Assembly (NCBI GenBank): GCA_963775895.1
Contig: CAVZKL010000027.1
Span: 1-64,000, forward strand
Direction of reading: 5' to 3'
Length of the DNA stretch: 64,000 nucleotides
From: Candidatus Bathyarchaeota archaeon
GTDB lineage: Archaea > Thermoproteota > Bathyarchaeia > Bathyarchaeales > Bathycorpusculaceae
Position numbers and translations under genes: made by a program. The stretch's first letter is position 1; each line of letters opens with the position of its first letter. This document shows positions 62,966 to 64,000 of the stretch, piece by piece. The notes under the pieces are model-generated. The model was not told the DNA's origin, ran no database searches, and was given only the letters and a program-made list of their open reading frames with translations.

Positions 62966-63942
62966 ATGCTTAGCGTCAACCAGCTCGCCGTCAAAATATG
63001 CAGAGAACTGATGGACAACGCTGACGAGTTCAATGTGAAGCACACTCGTTTCAAGAACGGGGTTCATCTCATCGACACTGGAAACAAGGTCTTCGGAGGA
63101 ACAGAAGTTGGATTGCACGTAACTGAAATCTGTTTAGGCGGGGTCGACAACGTCTCTGTTACGTCCAAGGATCTTGACGGACTGACACTTCCTGCAATCG
63201 AAGTTTCAACAGACTTTCCAGTACTGTCTCTCTGTGTCAAGCGTCAGGCGGTTACCGTGAGGCCATGGAAGGCTGGATCAACTTCAAAAGCGGCTCGTAC
63301 TCCGCGATAGCAAGCGGACCGGCTAGAGCGATTGTACACGAGCCAGAAGAATTGTTTGATACGCTTGGGTATTGGGATGATGCTGACGTCGCTGTGGTCG
63401 TTCTCCAATCAGAACATAACGACGAAAAAGTGGCAGCGCGACTTCTCGAAAGATGCAAGGTGAACCCAGAGAACCTGTACCTGGTTTTGTCTCCACTTTC
63501 AAGTATGTCAGGCTTAGTTCAGGCGACTGGAAGATCCGTTAAGAATGCAATGGTGAAATTGCTCAGTCTGAGCTACGACGTTAAAACAGTGAAGCATGCT
63601 TTAGGGGTCGCTCCTTTGCCGCCGCTAGGATCAAGGACAATAGTACCAGACGATATGCTCTCGTACGCCAGCATCGTTCACCTTTACGTTGAGCCTAATG
63701 AAAAAACAGATCTCCGAGATATGGCCCAAAAAATGCCATAGCAAACATCCAAAGACTACGGCAAGTCATTCACAGAACTCACTAAAGAACACAGAGTGAG
63801 AGGAATCGACATCAACCTAATTGCTCCAGCACAAATCTACGTCAATGATCTGAAGAGCGGCGAACTCTACACATATGGAAAAGTCAACAGCGAGTTGATA
63901 AAGAAAATGATGGGCTTTCAATCAAGGACAAACGTCAGATGA
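62966..63942 (+). pseudogene. mch: Methenyl-H4MPT cyclohydrolase-like gene; frameshift near 63230 and in-frame TAG at 63739
   Basis: MLSVN, EICLGG, SGPARA, then past the TAG QTSKDYGKSF...APAQIYVNDLKSG...GKVN to TGA at 63942. Confidence 0.75.
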
Positions 63943-64000
63943 CGAAATGGTCAAGCATCGGTCAAAAAACTTGTTAGAAAAAGAGAAACGAAGAAAAATG

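Overview
Archaeal chromosomal window, most consistent with Bathyarchaeia (inferred from the archaeal ribosomal-protein set, cohesin/dockerin and PEF-CTERM surface proteins, and an Mch-like gene). Layout: (i) 1.3-7.9 kb, a + strand array of secreted proteins (S8 protease, beta-helix/cohesin, cohesin-only, LamG), the first three sharing one C-terminal domain; (ii) 8-31.8 kb, a - strand surface-glycan/exopolysaccharide cluster; (iii) 32-40 kb, accessory genes including a dockerin-only protein and an AT-rich polysaccharide synthase/deacetylase cassette; (iv) 40-52.7 kb, the uL22-to-cmk ribosomal superoperon with an inserted small heat-shock protein gene; (v) 53-64 kb, housekeeping genes, tRNA-Cys and a degenerate mch-like gene. 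Single-base frameshifts occur even in essential genes (uS3, uL6, uL18, secY), so most broken ORFs are probably read/assembly indels. The strongest unexplained signal is a highly iterated alternating (CG)n palindrome: by hand I count 16 tracts of 8 nt or more, none between about 37.8 and 60.6 kb. The tracts sit at gene ends, at both edges of the AT-rich cassette and at the breakpoints of truncated gene remnants, which suggests a (CG)n-guided gene-swapping system. A near-perfect ~50-bp inverted repeat pair (39483 and 60800) and patchy G+T versus A+C skew inside genes are also unexplained. All calls come from reading the sequence; no database searches were run.
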